Assembly: GCA_043810025.1 (NCBI GenBank)
Contig: JBDRON010000019.1
Location: 1,204-65,203 of the forward strand
Reading direction: 5' to 3'
Source: Elusimicrobiota bacterium
GTDB taxonomy: Bacteria; Elusimicrobiota; JBDRON01
DNA: 64,000 nucleotides
Under the pieces are notes generated by a model. It had not been told where the DNA came from. It did no database searches and saw only the letters and a program-made list of their open reading frames with translations. The translations under genes and the position numbers were made by a program. Of the stretch, positions 45,466 through 55,751 are shown piece by piece. Each line of letters starts with the position of its first letter. Position 1 is the first letter of the stretch.

Positions 45466-46065
45466 ATGTTCCCTAATTTACTCTTAATTATTTCGGCTTA
45501 TTTAATCGGTTCTATCCCGGCGGGATATTGGCTGGTGTGGTTTTGGCGGGGGGTTGATGTGCGCCAGTCGGGCAGCGGCAATATCGGGGCGACTAATGTT
45601 GCCCGCGCAGCCGGGAAAACCGCCGGCATAATTACTCTGGTTTTGGATATTTTTAAAGGATGGCTGCCGGTTTATCTGGCGGTTCATTTTTTTCAGTTTA
45701 ATTATTATTGGGCTTTCGGGGCCGGGGTGGCGGCAATTCTTGGACATAACTATACGATATTTTTAAATTTTAAAGGCGGAAAAGGGGTGGCTACCAGCGC
45801 CGGAGTTTTTCTTGCGCTTACCCCCCTGGCTCTTCTATTCAGCCTGCTGATTTTTCTGTTGATTGTGGCGGCGAGTAAATATGTTTCCCTCGGTTCAATC
45901 ATTGCGGCGATCAGTTTGCCGGTTTTTGGTTTCTTTTTCCGCTATCCAACAGAGTTAATTGTTTTTATTTGTCTGGCGGCGGCGCTGATTATTTTTAAAC
46001 ACCGGCCGAACATTAAAAGGCTTATTCAGGGAAAGGAGAACCGTCTAAATTGGGGAAAAAAATAG
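45466..46065 (+). CDS. plsY: Glycerol-3-phosphate acyltransferase
   Basis: YLIGSIP, GSGNIGATN, FKGGKGVAT, KHRPNI.RL. Confidence 0.96.
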   Translation: MFPNLLLIISAYLIGSIPAGYWLVWFWRGVDVRQSGSGNIGATNVARAAGKTAGIITLVLDIFKGWLPVYLAVHFFQFNYYWAFGAGVAAILGHNYTIFLNFKGGKGVATSAGVFLALTPLALLFSLLIFLLIVAASKYVSLGSIIAAISLPVFGFFFRYPTELIVFICLAAALIIFKHRPNIKRLIQGKENRLNWGKK

Positions 46066-47072
46066 AAAAAATCGCTGTGCTCGGCGCTGGTTCATGGGGA
46101 GCTGCTATCGCCGCTCATCTCTCTCGTAACGGGCATGATCTTAGTCTTTGGGAGTTCGATTCTCAGCAGGCCGAACTGCTTAAAGAGAACAGGGTGTTGT
46201 CGCTGCTGCCAACGTTTACGATACCGGCACAAATTAAAATTACCTCGCAGTTGGAGGAGGCTGTAGATGGGCGGGAGATAATTATTTTCGCCGTGCCGTC
46301 ACATTTTATCCGTTCTACCGCTCAAGCGGCGATTAAAGCCAATTTTAATCCGCAGATCGTAATTAGCGCGGCCAAAGGGATAGAAAACGAAACGATGTTC
46401 CGGATGTCGGAAGTTTTGGAAGAGGAGTTGGGAATAAATTTTAAAGACAAAATTGTGGTCCTCTCCGGGCCCAGCCATGCGGAAGAAGTTTTCCGGCAGA
46501 TTCCTACGGCGGTGGTCTCGGCCAGCAGCAATCCGAAAGCGGCTTTAAAGGCGCAGGAAATATTTACCAACGATTTTTTTCGGGTCTATACCAACCCCGA
46601 TGTCGTGGGGGTGGAAACAGGCGCGGCTTTGAAAAATGTGATTGCCATTGGCTGTGGTATTTGCGACGGGTTGGGTTTGGGCGACAACAGCAAGGCGGCC
46701 TTAGTTACCAGGGGATTGCAGGAATTGGTGCGGCTGGGTCTAAAAATGGGGGCGCAGGAAAAAACTTTTTTTGGTCTGGCCGGTGTCGGCGACTTGATTG
46801 TCACTTGTTTTTCCCGGCACAGCCGTAACCGCCTACTGGGAGAAAAAATTGGCCAGGGTAAAACTTTGGCTGAAGCTTTAGGGGAAATGACGATGGTTGC
46901 CGAGGGGGTAAAAACCGCCAAGGCTATACACAGTTTGAGCAAAAAATACCAGTTGGATTTGCCGATCTCCGATGAGGTATATAAAATTCTTTACGAAGGG
47001 AAAAAACCGGAGACGGCGGTGCGCGATCTGCTTACCCGGCAGGCGACAACGGAGATAAAAAACTATGAATAA
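46050..47072 (+). CDS. gpsA: NAD(P)H-dependent glycerol-3-phosphate dehydrogenase
   Basis: GAGSWG, SGPSHAEEV, LKNVIAI, GDLIVTC.SRHSRNR. Confidence 0.96.
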   Translation: MGKKIEKIAVLGAGSWGAAIAAHLSRNGHDLSLWEFDSQQAELLKENRVLSLLPTFTIPAQIKITSQLEEAVDGREIIIFAVPSHFIRSTAQAAIKANFNPQIVISAAKGIENETMFRMSEVLEEELGINFKDKIVVLSGPSHAEEVFRQIPTAVVSASSNPKAALKAQEIFTNDFFRVYTNPDVVGVETGAALKNVIAIGCGICDGLGLGDNSKAALVTRGLQELVRLGLKMGAQEKTFFGLAGVGDLIVTCFSRHSRNRLLGEKIGQGKTLAEALGEMTMVAEGVKTAKAIHSLSKKYQLDLPISDEVYKILYEGKKPETAVRDLLTRQATTEIKNYE

Positions 47073-47325
47073 ACAGGATTTAATCAAAAAAATTCGCCAA
47101 ATAACCCATACCCAAAAAGATGCCGGCGACATTATGGATCTGCTGCTGGAAAGCATGAAATCCGCTTTACGGCAAGGCGACCGGGTAGTACTTTCCGGTT
47201 TTGGCAGTTTCTATCCGAAAATGCGCCGGGCCAAAAAAGCCCGGCACCCCAAAAGCGGCGAAATGATTATTATCTCTGCTAAAAAAATCGTCAAATTCAT
47301 CCCCTCCCCAAATTTGTTTGAATAG
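47065..47325 (+). CDS. HU/IHF family DNA-binding protein
   Basis: MNKQDLI, GFGSF, ARHPKSGE. Confidence 0.92.
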   Translation: MNKQDLIKKIRQITHTQKDAGDIMDLLLESMKSALRQGDRVVLSGFGSFYPKMRRAKKARHPKSGEMIIISAKKIVKFIPSPNLFE

Positions 47326-47333
47326 CTTACCTC

Positions 47334-47425
47334 GGTTATGAGTTATGAGACTTGAGTCTTGGGTTTAAAAGAATCGATTCCTTTAACCCTACAACACACG
47401 ACCCACAGCTCATGACACATAACTT
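47334..47425. repeat. Inverted repeat with heptamer (GAGTTAT) arms and TCGA core
   Basis: Core TTAAAAGAATCGATTCCTTTAA at 47365-47386. Confidence 0.8.
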
Positions 47426-47498
47426 GTGACCCTTTCTCTTTCTGTTTGCAGTAATTTCCATTGCGAGGGGCGGATTTTTTTTGTATATTCTAATGCTA

Positions 47499-48767
47499 AT
47501 GGGTAAATTTAGTCAGTATACCGAGCGGGAAAATAAAGAAAGTGTCATTCTTTTTTTGGGAATTATCCTGGCCAACATCGTAAATTATCTTTTTTACATG
47601 TTCATCAGCCGGATGCTCGGGCCGGCCAATTACGGGGCCTTTAATTCTTTGCAGGCGCTTTTTCTCATCTTCTTCCTGCCGGCGGAAACCATCAGGCTGG
47701 TGATCACCAAATATGTCAGTAATTTAAAAGTGTCGGAGAATTTGGGGGAGATCAATCATCTGATTCGCCAGTCTTTCTTCCGTCTTTTTGCCGTTGGTTT
47801 GCTGGGAGCGATGGTGATCGTCATTCTTTCCCCCGGAATTGCCCGCTTCCTTAAATTGGATGATTTTAAGCCGGTCTGGGTGGTCGCTTTACTTATTCCT
47901 TTGATCTTGACGGCTCCTGTAGGGTTCGGCTTACTGCAAGGATTACAACGATTTGTCGTTTTGGGGATGAGCACCTTTGTGGCGACAATATTTCGCTTAA
48001 TTTCCGGGGTGTTGTTCGTTTGGGCGGGCTGGGGGATCAGTGGCGCCTTAGGCGGGTTGTTGACGCAAAATATTTTCACTTTGTTGATTATTTTCTGGGT
48101 TACCCGGTCATTATTTAAAGAAGAACGGTTAATCAAACAGACTTCGAGACAGGACATTTATACCTATTTTATCCCTGTGGCCATCGCTCTTTCCTCTTTA
48201 GCGGTGTTAACCAACATTGATATGCTCTTGGTTAAACATTATTTTACCGCCGAAGAGGCCGGATTTTATTCGGCGGCTTCGCTTCTGGGAAAAGCCGTCG
48301 TTTTCCTGGCCGGCGGGGTGATTTTGATCATGTTTCCAAAAGTTTCGGAGTTGGATGCGCAAAAAAAACAAACATTTTTGCTTTTGAAAAAATCCCTGGT
48401 TTATAGTATAATAATTGCTTTGACATCGGCCTTGATTTTTACGGCTGCTCCGAACTTGTTAATCAAAATTCTCTTTGGAAAAAAGTATATTTCGGCTGCT
48501 CCGGCGCTGTTAATTGATTTTGGTTACGCGATGATTCCCCTGATTCTGTTAAATGTAATTGTAAATTATAATTTGGCGATTCATCGCTGGAAATTTTTAT
48601 ATTTTCTGGTTGGGGGAACAATTGTCCATTGTTTGCTGTTAACGGTCTTTCATCGCAGTCTCCAACAGGTAATTCTGGTGATCGGAGTAAGCGGGCTGGT
48701 GAATTTTTTACTTCTTGGTTTGCTCACTTACGGAGAGAAAAATGCTCATTCTGCTGCCGGCGTATAA
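47499..48767 (+). CDS. Oligosaccharide flippase (Wzx-like)
   Basis: About 12 TM segments; RMLGPANYG, DMLLVKHYF..EEAGFYSAA. Confidence 0.85.
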   Translation: MGKFSQYTERENKESVILFLGIILANIVNYLFYMFISRMLGPANYGAFNSLQALFLIFFLPAETIRLVITKYVSNLKVSENLGEINHLIRQSFFRLFAVGLLGAMVIVILSPGIARFLKLDDFKPVWVVALLIPLILTAPVGFGLLQGLQRFVVLGMSTFVATIFRLISGVLFVWAGWGISGALGGLLTQNIFTLLIIFWVTRSLFKEERLIKQTSRQDIYTYFIPVAIALSSLAVLTNIDMLLVKHYFTAEEAGFYSAASLLGKAVVFLAGGVILIMFPKVSELDAQKKQTFLLLKKSLVYSIIIALTSALIFTAAPNLLIKILFGKKYISAAPALLIDFGYAMIPLILLNVIVNYNLAIHRWKFLYFLVGGTIVHCLLLTVFHRSLQQVILVIGVSGLVNFLLLGLLTYGEKNAHSAAGV

Positions 48768-49455
48768 CGAAGCCTTTTCCCTCCCTGATCTGGCGGCCAA
48801 CATTGCTCAAGCTTTGCCCGCAGATAGTTATCGAATCATTTTAATTGACGACGGCTCTACGGACGGCACTGCAGCGGTAATAGAAAATCTGACAAAAAAA
48901 TATCCTTTAAGCTGTATTTCCCATTCGGTGAACAGGGGATTAGGCGCGGCGATAAAAACCGGGTTTAAGTTTGCCATCAGGGAAAAAGACGATTATATCA
49001 TCACGATGGATGCCGATAATACCCATCCGCCCTCAGCGATAATTCCGATGCTGGAGAAACTTGATTCCGGAATCGATGTGGTCATCGCCTCCCGTTATGC
49101 GCCGGAGGGAAAAACGCAGGGGGTAAGTGTTTTTCGGCAGGTTTTGAGCAATGGGGCAAGTTTATTGTTAAGGTTGGTTTTTCCGATTCCCGGGGTGCGG
49201 GATTACACCTCCGGTTTTCGCGCCTATCGGCGGGAAACGTTGGCTAAAGCTTTTCAGGTCTATGGGGATAATTTTATCACGGCCGGCGATTTCAGCTGTA
49301 TGGCCGAGGTCCTGGTTAAATTAGCCAAGTTAGGAATAAAAGCCGCAGAAGTTCCCCTGCATTTAAGATATGACCGGAAAAAAGGGAAAAGTAAAATAAA
49401 GATAATCAGAACAATTATTAGTTACGCAAAATTAATTTGGAAGGAGAGAATTTAA
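48742..49455 (+). CDS. Glycosyltransferase family 2 (DPM1-like)
   Basis: LPAYNEA, DDGSTDGT, MDADNTH, DYTSGFRAY. Confidence 0.92.
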   Translation: MLILLPAYNEAFSLPDLAANIAQALPADSYRIILIDDGSTDGTAAVIENLTKKYPLSCISHSVNRGLGAAIKTGFKFAIREKDDYIITMDADNTHPPSAIIPMLEKLDSGIDVVIASRYAPEGKTQGVSVFRQVLSNGASLLLRLVFPIPGVRDYTSGFRAYRRETLAKAFQVYGDNFITAGDFSCMAEVLVKLAKLGIKAAEVPLHLRYDRKKGKSKIKIIRTIISYAKLIWKERI

Positions 49456-49459
49456 ATAG

Positions 49460-49563
49460 TGTAAAACGCAAAGCGCAGAACGCAAAGTGTAAAAACATTA
49501 AAAGACTCGAAGCTTTTAGTTTTTGACTTTCGTTTTATGTTTTGCGCTTTGAGTTTTACGCTC
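49460..49563. repeat. Inverted repeat with CGCAAAA-type arms and TCGA core
   Basis: Core TTAAAAGACTCGAAGCTTTTAG at 49498-49519. Confidence 0.88.
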
Positions 49564-49572
49564 TAAAAAACT

Positions 49573-50679
49573 ATGAAAGTGGCTTTAGTGCATGATTGGT
49601 TGACTGGGATGCGGGGCGGAGAAAAAGTGCTGGAAGCGCTTGGCGAATTATTTCCGCAGGCCGATATTTTTACTCTTCTGTGGATTAAGGGTAAGGTCAG
49701 TGAAAAAATTGAGCAGCACCCGATTTATACTTCTTTTTTGCAAAAAATTCCCGGAGCAGGGAAAAATTATCGCAATTTCCTGCCGATCATGCCGTTGGCC
49801 ATTGAACGATTCAATCTGCAGGAGTATGATTTGGTAATTTCTTCCAGCCATTGCGTGGCCAAAGGAGTAAAAAAACTTGGACGTAAAAGCATCCATATTT
49901 GTTACTGTCATACGCCGATGCGTTATATTTGGAATCAGTATGAGGAATATTTTAATCCGGAGAGGACAAATTTTATTGTGCGATCTTTGATGGGGTTAAT
50001 CAGAGTATATCTGCAAAGGTGGGATGTAAAAAGTTCAGAGAGAGTAAATTATTTTATTGCTAATTCCCATAACGTAAAAAAAAGGATTAAAGATTATTAT
50101 CGAAGAGAGGCCGAGGTGATTTATCCTCCGGTTGACATCGACGGTTATCCTGCCGCGCGTCTGGAGAGTTATTATTTAATGGTCACGGCTTTGGTACCCT
50201 ATAAAAGAGTGGACATCGCCATCAAAACTTTCAATGAACTGGGCTGCAATTTAAAAATCATTGGGAGCGGCCCGGATGAAAAGAGATTAAAAAATCTGGC
50301 TGCGGAAAACATTGAATTTCTTGGATGGAAAACCAATGCTGAAATTAAATCTTATTATGCCGGCTGCCGGGCTTTGATCTTTCCTCAGGAAGAAGATTTT
50401 GGAATTACGGCGGTGGAAGTGCAAGCGGCCGGAAAACCGGTTGTCGCTTATGGCTATGGCGGAGCCTTAGAAACAGTCAATGAGGGAAGGACCGGCGTCT
50501 TTTTTTTCGAGCCTGCTGCGGCCAGTTTAAAAGAGGCGGTGAGAAAAATCGAGACTGTTAAATTCAGCCCGGAAGATTTAAAGAAAAACGCCGAAAAATT
50601 TTCATATCCGCGGTTTTATGAAGAGATAAGGAAATTTGTAGATAAGGTCGCATCTAAGGATAGAGGAATTTCAATGTAG
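49573..50679 (+). CDS. Glycosyltransferase family 4
   Basis: HDWLTGMRGGEKVL, YCHTPMRY, EEDFGITAVE. Confidence 0.93.
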   Translation: MKVALVHDWLTGMRGGEKVLEALGELFPQADIFTLLWIKGKVSEKIEQHPIYTSFLQKIPGAGKNYRNFLPIMPLAIERFNLQEYDLVISSSHCVAKGVKKLGRKSIHICYCHTPMRYIWNQYEEYFNPERTNFIVRSLMGLIRVYLQRWDVKSSERVNYFIANSHNVKKRIKDYYRREAEVIYPPVDIDGYPAARLESYYLMVTALVPYKRVDIAIKTFNELGCNLKIIGSGPDEKRLKNLAAENIEFLGWKTNAEIKSYYAGCRALIFPQEEDFGITAVEVQAAGKPVVAYGYGGALETVNEGRTGVFFFEPAAASLKEAVRKIETVKFSPEDLKKNAEKFSYPRFYEEIRKFVDKVASKDRGISM

Positions 50680-50826
50680 CTGAAGTGTCCCCCCTTTTTA
50701 AAAAGGGGGATTAAGGGGGATTTAGAAAATTAGAAATATTGTCAAAATCTCCCCTACCCCTCTTTTTAAAGAGGGAAAAAACGTCACAGATAGGCAAAGT
50801 TCCGAGCAAAGTTCGGCCTAATTTAA
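50660..50826 (+). repeat. Family B repeat, full length
   Basis: Near-identical body to 55260-55400 and 60588-60730. Confidence 0.9.
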
Positions 50827-50841
50827 TGGGAGAATCTCTCA

Positions 50842-52083
50842 ATGCTCAATTCAAAAATAACCAAAATTTTGGACAATAGTTTGTTTGTTGGTTTCCTGAT
50901 TCTGGCGGCGGGCAGCGCTTTTTCCATCGCCCTGGCGACAGGCGCAATTTTTTTATTATTATTAATTTGGCTGAGTAAAATATTTTATTCCGGCAAAAAT
51001 TACTGCTGGCAGAAAACTTTTTTGAATTGGCCTCTTTATATTTTCCTCCTAACCGGCTTGGTCAGTTGTTTCGCCGGGATTGACCCTAAACATAGTCTTT
51101 ATGAGTTTCGTTCTCAATATTTGGTTCTGATATTTTTTCTGACTGTCAACAATTTAAGTGAAGAAAAACAGCTTAAAAACATTGTGAAATATTTTTTAAT
51201 TTTTTCGGCGCTGGTCAGTTTATTCGGGATGATGCAGTATTTTATCGGCATCAATAAATTAGGGGAAACATTTTTTAATATTCCGGATGGCTTAAAGCAT
51301 CTACCGCCAAAAATATTAAAATATTTAACTTTGCATGATGGCCGGGTGGTTGCCACGCGCAGCCACCCGATCACTTTTGGGGAAGGGCTGATTTTTCCCC
51401 TGGCGATCATTATCAGTTATTTTTTTGCGCTGGGAAAAGAGAAAAAAATTATCTTGGCTTTGGGCGGGGTAATCATCTTAATTGCTTTAATTTTAAGTCA
51501 GAGCCGGGGGGCCTGGCTGGGGATGTTGGGAGTAATACTGGTGATGGAAACCGTTAAACTAAGGAAATTTCCATATTGGGGAGCGGGTTTGATTTTACTG
51601 ATCGGTTTGCTGATATTTTCTTTTCGGGCCTCAGAAATTACGGAAAGGGCGCGCAGTATTTTTAATTTAAAAACCGATGTTTCCAATACCAGCCGGCTGA
51701 CGATGTGGCGGACTGGTTTAAATATTTTCAAAGATTACCCGGTTTTGGGGATTGGTCCGGGGAATGTTGAAAAATTGTATAGTCAGTATTGCCCGCCAAA
51801 TCCCAACAGTCCGAAGACATGGTCGGAACTGCATAATAATTTTTTGCAAATTGCGGTGGAAAGAGGTATAATCGGCCTAATTGCTTTTTTGACTTTGCTG
51901 GCAAGTTATATCATAGTTTTGAGGAAGAGCTGGGATCATCCTTTCATCTGCGCCTCCTTATCGTCGCTGGCCGGTTTGTTGATTGCCGGGTTAACCGAAA
52001 GTAATTTTCATGACGCGGAGATAGTAATAATTTTTTATCTGATCATGGGTTTAAGCGCAGTTTGGGCGGCTAAAAAAACATGA
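50842..52083 (+). CDS. O-antigen ligase family protein
   Basis: SQSRGAWLG, RLTMW, LGIGPGN, HNNFLQIAVERG. Confidence 0.88.
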   Translation: MLNSKITKILDNSLFVGFLILAAGSAFSIALATGAIFLLLLIWLSKIFYSGKNYCWQKTFLNWPLYIFLLTGLVSCFAGIDPKHSLYEFRSQYLVLIFFLTVNNLSEEKQLKNIVKYFLIFSALVSLFGMMQYFIGINKLGETFFNIPDGLKHLPPKILKYLTLHDGRVVATRSHPITFGEGLIFPLAIIISYFFALGKEKKIILALGGVIILIALILSQSRGAWLGMLGVILVMETVKLRKFPYWGAGLILLIGLLIFSFRASEITERARSIFNLKTDVSNTSRLTMWRTGLNIFKDYPVLGIGPGNVEKLYSQYCPPNPNSPKTWSELHNNFLQIAVERGIIGLIAFLTLLASYIIVLRKSWDHPFICASLSSLAGLLIAGLTESNFHDAEIVIIFYLIMGLSAVWAAKKT

Positions 52084-53453
52084 AAAAATTTTCAGCTTAT
52101 CTATTTATCTGTTTGTCGGTAGTTAGCGATGCTTTTTTTATTGGAGCAGCTTTTGTCTGCGCTTACTGGATTCGGTTTCATTGGCCGTTTTTCATCAATA
52201 TAATGCCGATCACTAAAGGAATCCCTCCTTTCGCTCTTTATGAAAAAATTCTGCCGGCTTATGTTTTTTTATGGCTGGTGGTCCTAACTTATGCCGGGTT
52301 TTATCGTTTAAAATTCCTGGCGGTTTTCGATCAATTCCTCCTAACGATTAAAGGGGTGAGCCTGTCTGCATTTTTTGTCCTGGCTTTGACTTTTTTTTAC
52401 CGGGATTTTACTTATTCCCGTTTGGTGATTGTGATCAGTTGGGTATTATCTTTGCTCTTTATCTATTTGTCGCGGGAGCTGTTAAAAATTATTTATCAAT
52501 TTTACCTTGACCGCTGGTGCGAACCTAATCGGATCTTGATCATCGGAGAGGGTAAGGTTGCCCGGAATTTGCAGAATAAATTGGACCGGCAAAATCATTG
52601 CCTGGGACGGACGATAGAAACAGTCGGGGAAAACGTTTTAAAAGAAATTTTACTGGAGGAAAAAATTGATCAGGTGATTTGCGCGTCTTCCGTGGAACGG
52701 GAGAAAATTTTAAAGTATTCGTTGGTTTGCGATGAATGCGCTGTCGCTTTTAAATTTGCGCCGGATTTATTGGAGTTCTATTTAGGGGAAATCAAAATCG
52801 ATGAACATTTTAATCTTCCCCTGGTGAGTTTGAGATCGGTTTCTTTGCAGGGGGCCAACTTTTATTTTAAACGGGTTTTGGATGTGATTGTAGCGACGAT
52901 CGTAATCTCATTTTTTGTCCCGTTTTTAATGCTTACGGCCATTTTAATTAAATTGGAAACGGAAGGTCCAATATTTTATTTTCAACCACGGGTCGGTTAC
53001 CGGGGCAAGAAGTTCATGTTTTATAAGTTTCGAACGATGGTGATTAACGCCGATGTGATTTTAAAGACGATCAGACATCTAAGCGACCGGGACGGCCCCG
53101 TTTTTAAAATGAAAAAAGATCCCCGGATAACCCGAACCGGAAAATTTTTGCGGCGCTACAGTTTGGATGAACTCCCGCAATTAATTAATGTTTTGCGGGG
53201 GGAAATGAGCCTCGTCGGTCCGCGGCCGCAGGTGATCTGGGAAACAACTTTTTACGACGATGTAGCCAGGCGTCGTTTACGGGTTATTCCCGGGATAACC
53301 GGCTTGTGGCAGGTTAGCGGACGAAGCGATTTAAGTTTTGAGGAAATGATTCAGTTGGACATCTATTACATAGAAAATTGGAGTGTAGCCCTGGACATGA
53401 AAATATTATACGATACGATAGCCGTTGTGTTTTTAGCGAAAGGCGCATATTGA
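52080..53453 (+). CDS. Undecaprenyl-phosphate sugar phosphotransferase
   Basis: KRVLD, KFRTM, DPRIT, SLDELPQL.NVL.GEMSLVGPRP, PGITGLWQV. Confidence 0.93.
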   Translation: MKKFSAYLFICLSVVSDAFFIGAAFVCAYWIRFHWPFFINIMPITKGIPPFALYEKILPAYVFLWLVVLTYAGFYRLKFLAVFDQFLLTIKGVSLSAFFVLALTFFYRDFTYSRLVIVISWVLSLLFIYLSRELLKIIYQFYLDRWCEPNRILIIGEGKVARNLQNKLDRQNHCLGRTIETVGENVLKEILLEEKIDQVICASSVEREKILKYSLVCDECAVAFKFAPDLLEFYLGEIKIDEHFNLPLVSLRSVSLQGANFYFKRVLDVIVATIVISFFVPFLMLTAILIKLETEGPIFYFQPRVGYRGKKFMFYKFRTMVINADVILKTIRHLSDRDGPVFKMKKDPRITRTGKFLRRYSLDELPQLINVLRGEMSLVGPRPQVIWETTFYDDVARRRLRVIPGITGLWQVSGRSDLSFEEMIQLDIYYIENWSVALDMKILYDTIAVVFLAKGAY

Positions 53454-53610
53454 AGGGTTGCGAATTTTTAATAAATATTGTAGAATTATCTGCCAGTCAT
53501 CAGTTTAGGCTACACATTATCCCCCTCTTTTGTAAAGAGGGAAAAAATTGCCCGGCAGGTACGGTAAATTCCTCAATAAACGCTTTTAATAATTTTTAGG
53601 GAGAAAAATA

Positions 53611-54105
53611 ATGATTTTAAAAGGCAAAGTACATCGATTTGGCGATAATGTCAATACGGATGAAATTATTCCGGCCAGATATTTGAATACTACCGATGAT
53701 AAGGAGCTGGCAAAACATTGTCTGGAAGATGTTGATGATAATTTTGTTAAGAAGGCCGCGGTTGGAGATATAATCGTAGCGGATAATAATTTTGGCTGTG
53801 GTTCCAGCCGGGAGCATGCGCCTCGTTCGATTAAGGCGGCCGGCATTTCCTGTGTGATTGCCGTCAGCTTTGCCCGTATTTTTTTCCGCAACGCCATAAA
53901 TATCGGATTGCCGATTCTGGAATTGAAGGATACAAAATCTTTTCAGGCCGGCGATGATCTGGAAATTGATTTAGCATCCGGAGTAGTAACAAATCTGACC
54001 CAAAAAAAGACTTTTCAGAGTCAGTCTTTCCCGCCTTTCATGCAGGAAATAATTCAACGCGGGGGATTAATCAACAAACTTTCTTCGTCCTTGAAGCAGA
54101 AATAA
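53611..54105 (+). CDS. leuD: 3-isopropylmalate dehydratase / homoaconitase small subunit
   Basis: [32 protein letters not shown]. Confidence 0.88.
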   Translation: MILKGKVHRFGDNVNTDEIIPARYLNTTDDKELAKHCLEDVDDNFVKKAAVGDIIVADNNFGCGSSREHAPRSIKAAGISCVIAVSFARIFFRNAINIGLPILELKDTKSFQAGDDLEIDLASGVVTNLTQKKTFQSQSFPPFMQEIIQRGGLINKLSSSLKQK

Positions 54106-54106
54106 A

Positions 54107-54487
54107 ATGGAAAAATCAAAAATAAAAATTTTAGTGGTAGATGATGAACCTCAAATCAGGGATATTATCGCGCGTTTTTTAAAAAAGGGCGGATATCAGG
54201 TTTGTTTGGCGGCAGATGGAGAGGAGGCTGTGCAAGCATTGAAGAATGAACGGCCGCATCTTGTTCTTTTAGATATTCGCATGCCCAAGATGGATGGAAT
54301 CACAGCCTTAAAAGAGATAAAGAAAATTGATCCGACGGTTGGAGTAATTATGACCACGGCCTTCCAGGATGAAGAGATTGCCAAAACGACGATAGCTTTG
54401 GGGGCCTGTGATTACATCTGCAAACCGTTAGATTTATTTTCTCTGGAGAACAGTATTTTAGCAAAAGTCATCATGATGCTGGATTAA
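54107..54487 (+). CDS. Single-domain response regulator
   Basis: ILVVDDE, LLDIRMPKMDG, YICKP. Confidence 0.93.
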   Translation: MEKSKIKILVVDDEPQIRDIIARFLKKGGYQVCLAADGEEAVQALKNERPHLVLLDIRMPKMDGITALKEIKKIDPTVGVIMTTAFQDEEIAKTTIALGACDYICKPLDLFSLENSILAKVIMMLD

Positions 54488-54509
54488 TTCAAGGTTGCAT
54501 CTCGATGGT

Positions 54510-54598
54510 CCCTCTCCCCTTGTGGGAGAAAGAGTAGAGACGCAAAATTTTGCGTCTCTACAATTACCTTTATCTATCCTCTTCCGTCAAGGGAGAGG
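54510..54598 (+). repeat. Chimeric repeat: family A arms with a GTAG REP (54534-54561) in the centre
   Basis: CCCTCTCCCCTTGTGGGAGA...GTAGAGACGCAAAATTTTGCGTCTCTAC...ATCCTCTTCCGTCAAGGGAGAGG. Confidence 0.8.
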
Positions 54599-54618
54599 AA
54601 ATAACAAAGGAAGATATA

Positions 54619-55239
54619 TTGTCTAAATTAGATTTAATTCAGGGGAGGTTGTTAATTGTGGTTTCTGCTCCTTCCGGAGCCGGGAAGACGACCCTTTGCC
54701 GCCGGCTTTGTGAACTGGATGAAGGCTTGTGTTATTCGGTTTCGGCAACCACCCGTCTGCCCCGGGAAGGCGAGGTAGAGGGTAAAGATTATTTTTTTTT
54801 AACTGAAGATGAATTTAAAGAAAAAATAAAGAAAAATGAATTTTTGGAATGGGCGAAAGTCCACAATCATTATTATGGCACTTTGTACAGCTTTGTGAAT
54901 AATTGTTTTGGCGAAAAGAAGGATATGATTTTAGATATCGATGTTCAGGGCGGGTTGAAAACCAGCGCTAAATTCAGGGAAACGGCGCTGATTTTTGTTT
55001 TGCCGCCGACCTGGGAGGTTTTAGAATCGAGGCTGCGTCTGCGCGGCAAGGATGGTGAAGAAGAAATTAAGAAAAGGTTAAATGCTGCCCGCAAGGAAAT
55101 CAGCTATTTGGAAAACTACGATTATCTGGTGATTAATGACCGATTAGAGAAGGCAGTGAGAGAAATTCAAGCGATTATTGCTGCCGAGCGAAGTAAAACG
55201 AGAATGTTTAAGGATCAGATATTGGAGTGGAACAAGTAA
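54619..55239 (+). CDS. gmk: Guanylate kinase (start uncertain)
   Basis: SAPSGAGKTT, TTRLPREGE, YYGT, DIDVQG. Confidence 0.95.
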   Translation: MSKLDLIQGRLLIVVSAPSGAGKTTLCRRLCELDEGLCYSVSATTRLPREGEVEGKDYFFLTEDEFKEKIKKNEFLEWAKVHNHYYGTLYSFVNNCFGEKKDMILDIDVQGGLKTSAKFRETALIFVLPPTWEVLESRLRLRGKDGEEEIKKRLNAARKEISYLENYDYLVINDRLEKAVREIQAIIAAERSKTRMFKDQILEWNK

Positions 55240-55259
55240 GTAAATATCTAAATTTGTTT

Positions 55260-55400
55260 TGTGTGTGTTCCCCCTTTAAAAAGGGGGATTAAGGGGGATT
55301 TTGAAAATTAGAAATATTGTCTAAATCTCCCCTACCCCTCTTTTTAAAGAGGGAAAAAATGTTGCAGATATGAAAATTTACGAGCAAAGCTCAGACTAAT
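55260..55400 (+). repeat. Family B repeat
   Basis: Near-identical to the 60600-60720 copy. Confidence 0.9.
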
Positions 55401-55418
55401 TCGCGAGGAGGAAGCCGG

Positions 55419-55748
55419 GTGGATAAGAAGATTGAATTTCTGAAGAGTAAGAGTTTATTAGAGGAGTTGACCTTAGATTCTCCGTTAAATAAGTATGAAT
55501 TAATTAATTCGGTAATGCGCTGGGCGCAGGAGTTAAAACAAAAAGGGTTGGTGGTCGGTGATCCCAGACAGGTTTTGGAACAGGCTTTAAAAGATATTAT
55601 CACCGGCCAAATCAGCGTTGAGCAGATTCGAAAACTGCCGGCTTTAATGAAGTTGGATGAGGATAAGGAGAAGCCGGAAAAACACTCCAAAAGCGAAAAG
55701 GAAGAGCCGGCTAAAAAAGAAGTTAAAGGAAAAAAATCCAGAAAATAA
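55419..55748 (+). CDS. rpoZ: RNA polymerase omega subunit (divergent, charged tail)
   Basis: NKYELI...WAQEL...ALKDI..G; gmk-rpoZ-coaBC synteny. Confidence 0.75.
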   Translation: MDKKIEFLKSKSLLEELTLDSPLNKYELINSVMRWAQELKQKGLVVGDPRQVLEQALKDIITGQISVEQIRKLPALMKLDEDKEKPEKHSKSEKEEPAKKEVKGKKSRK

Positions 55749-55751
55749 CCG

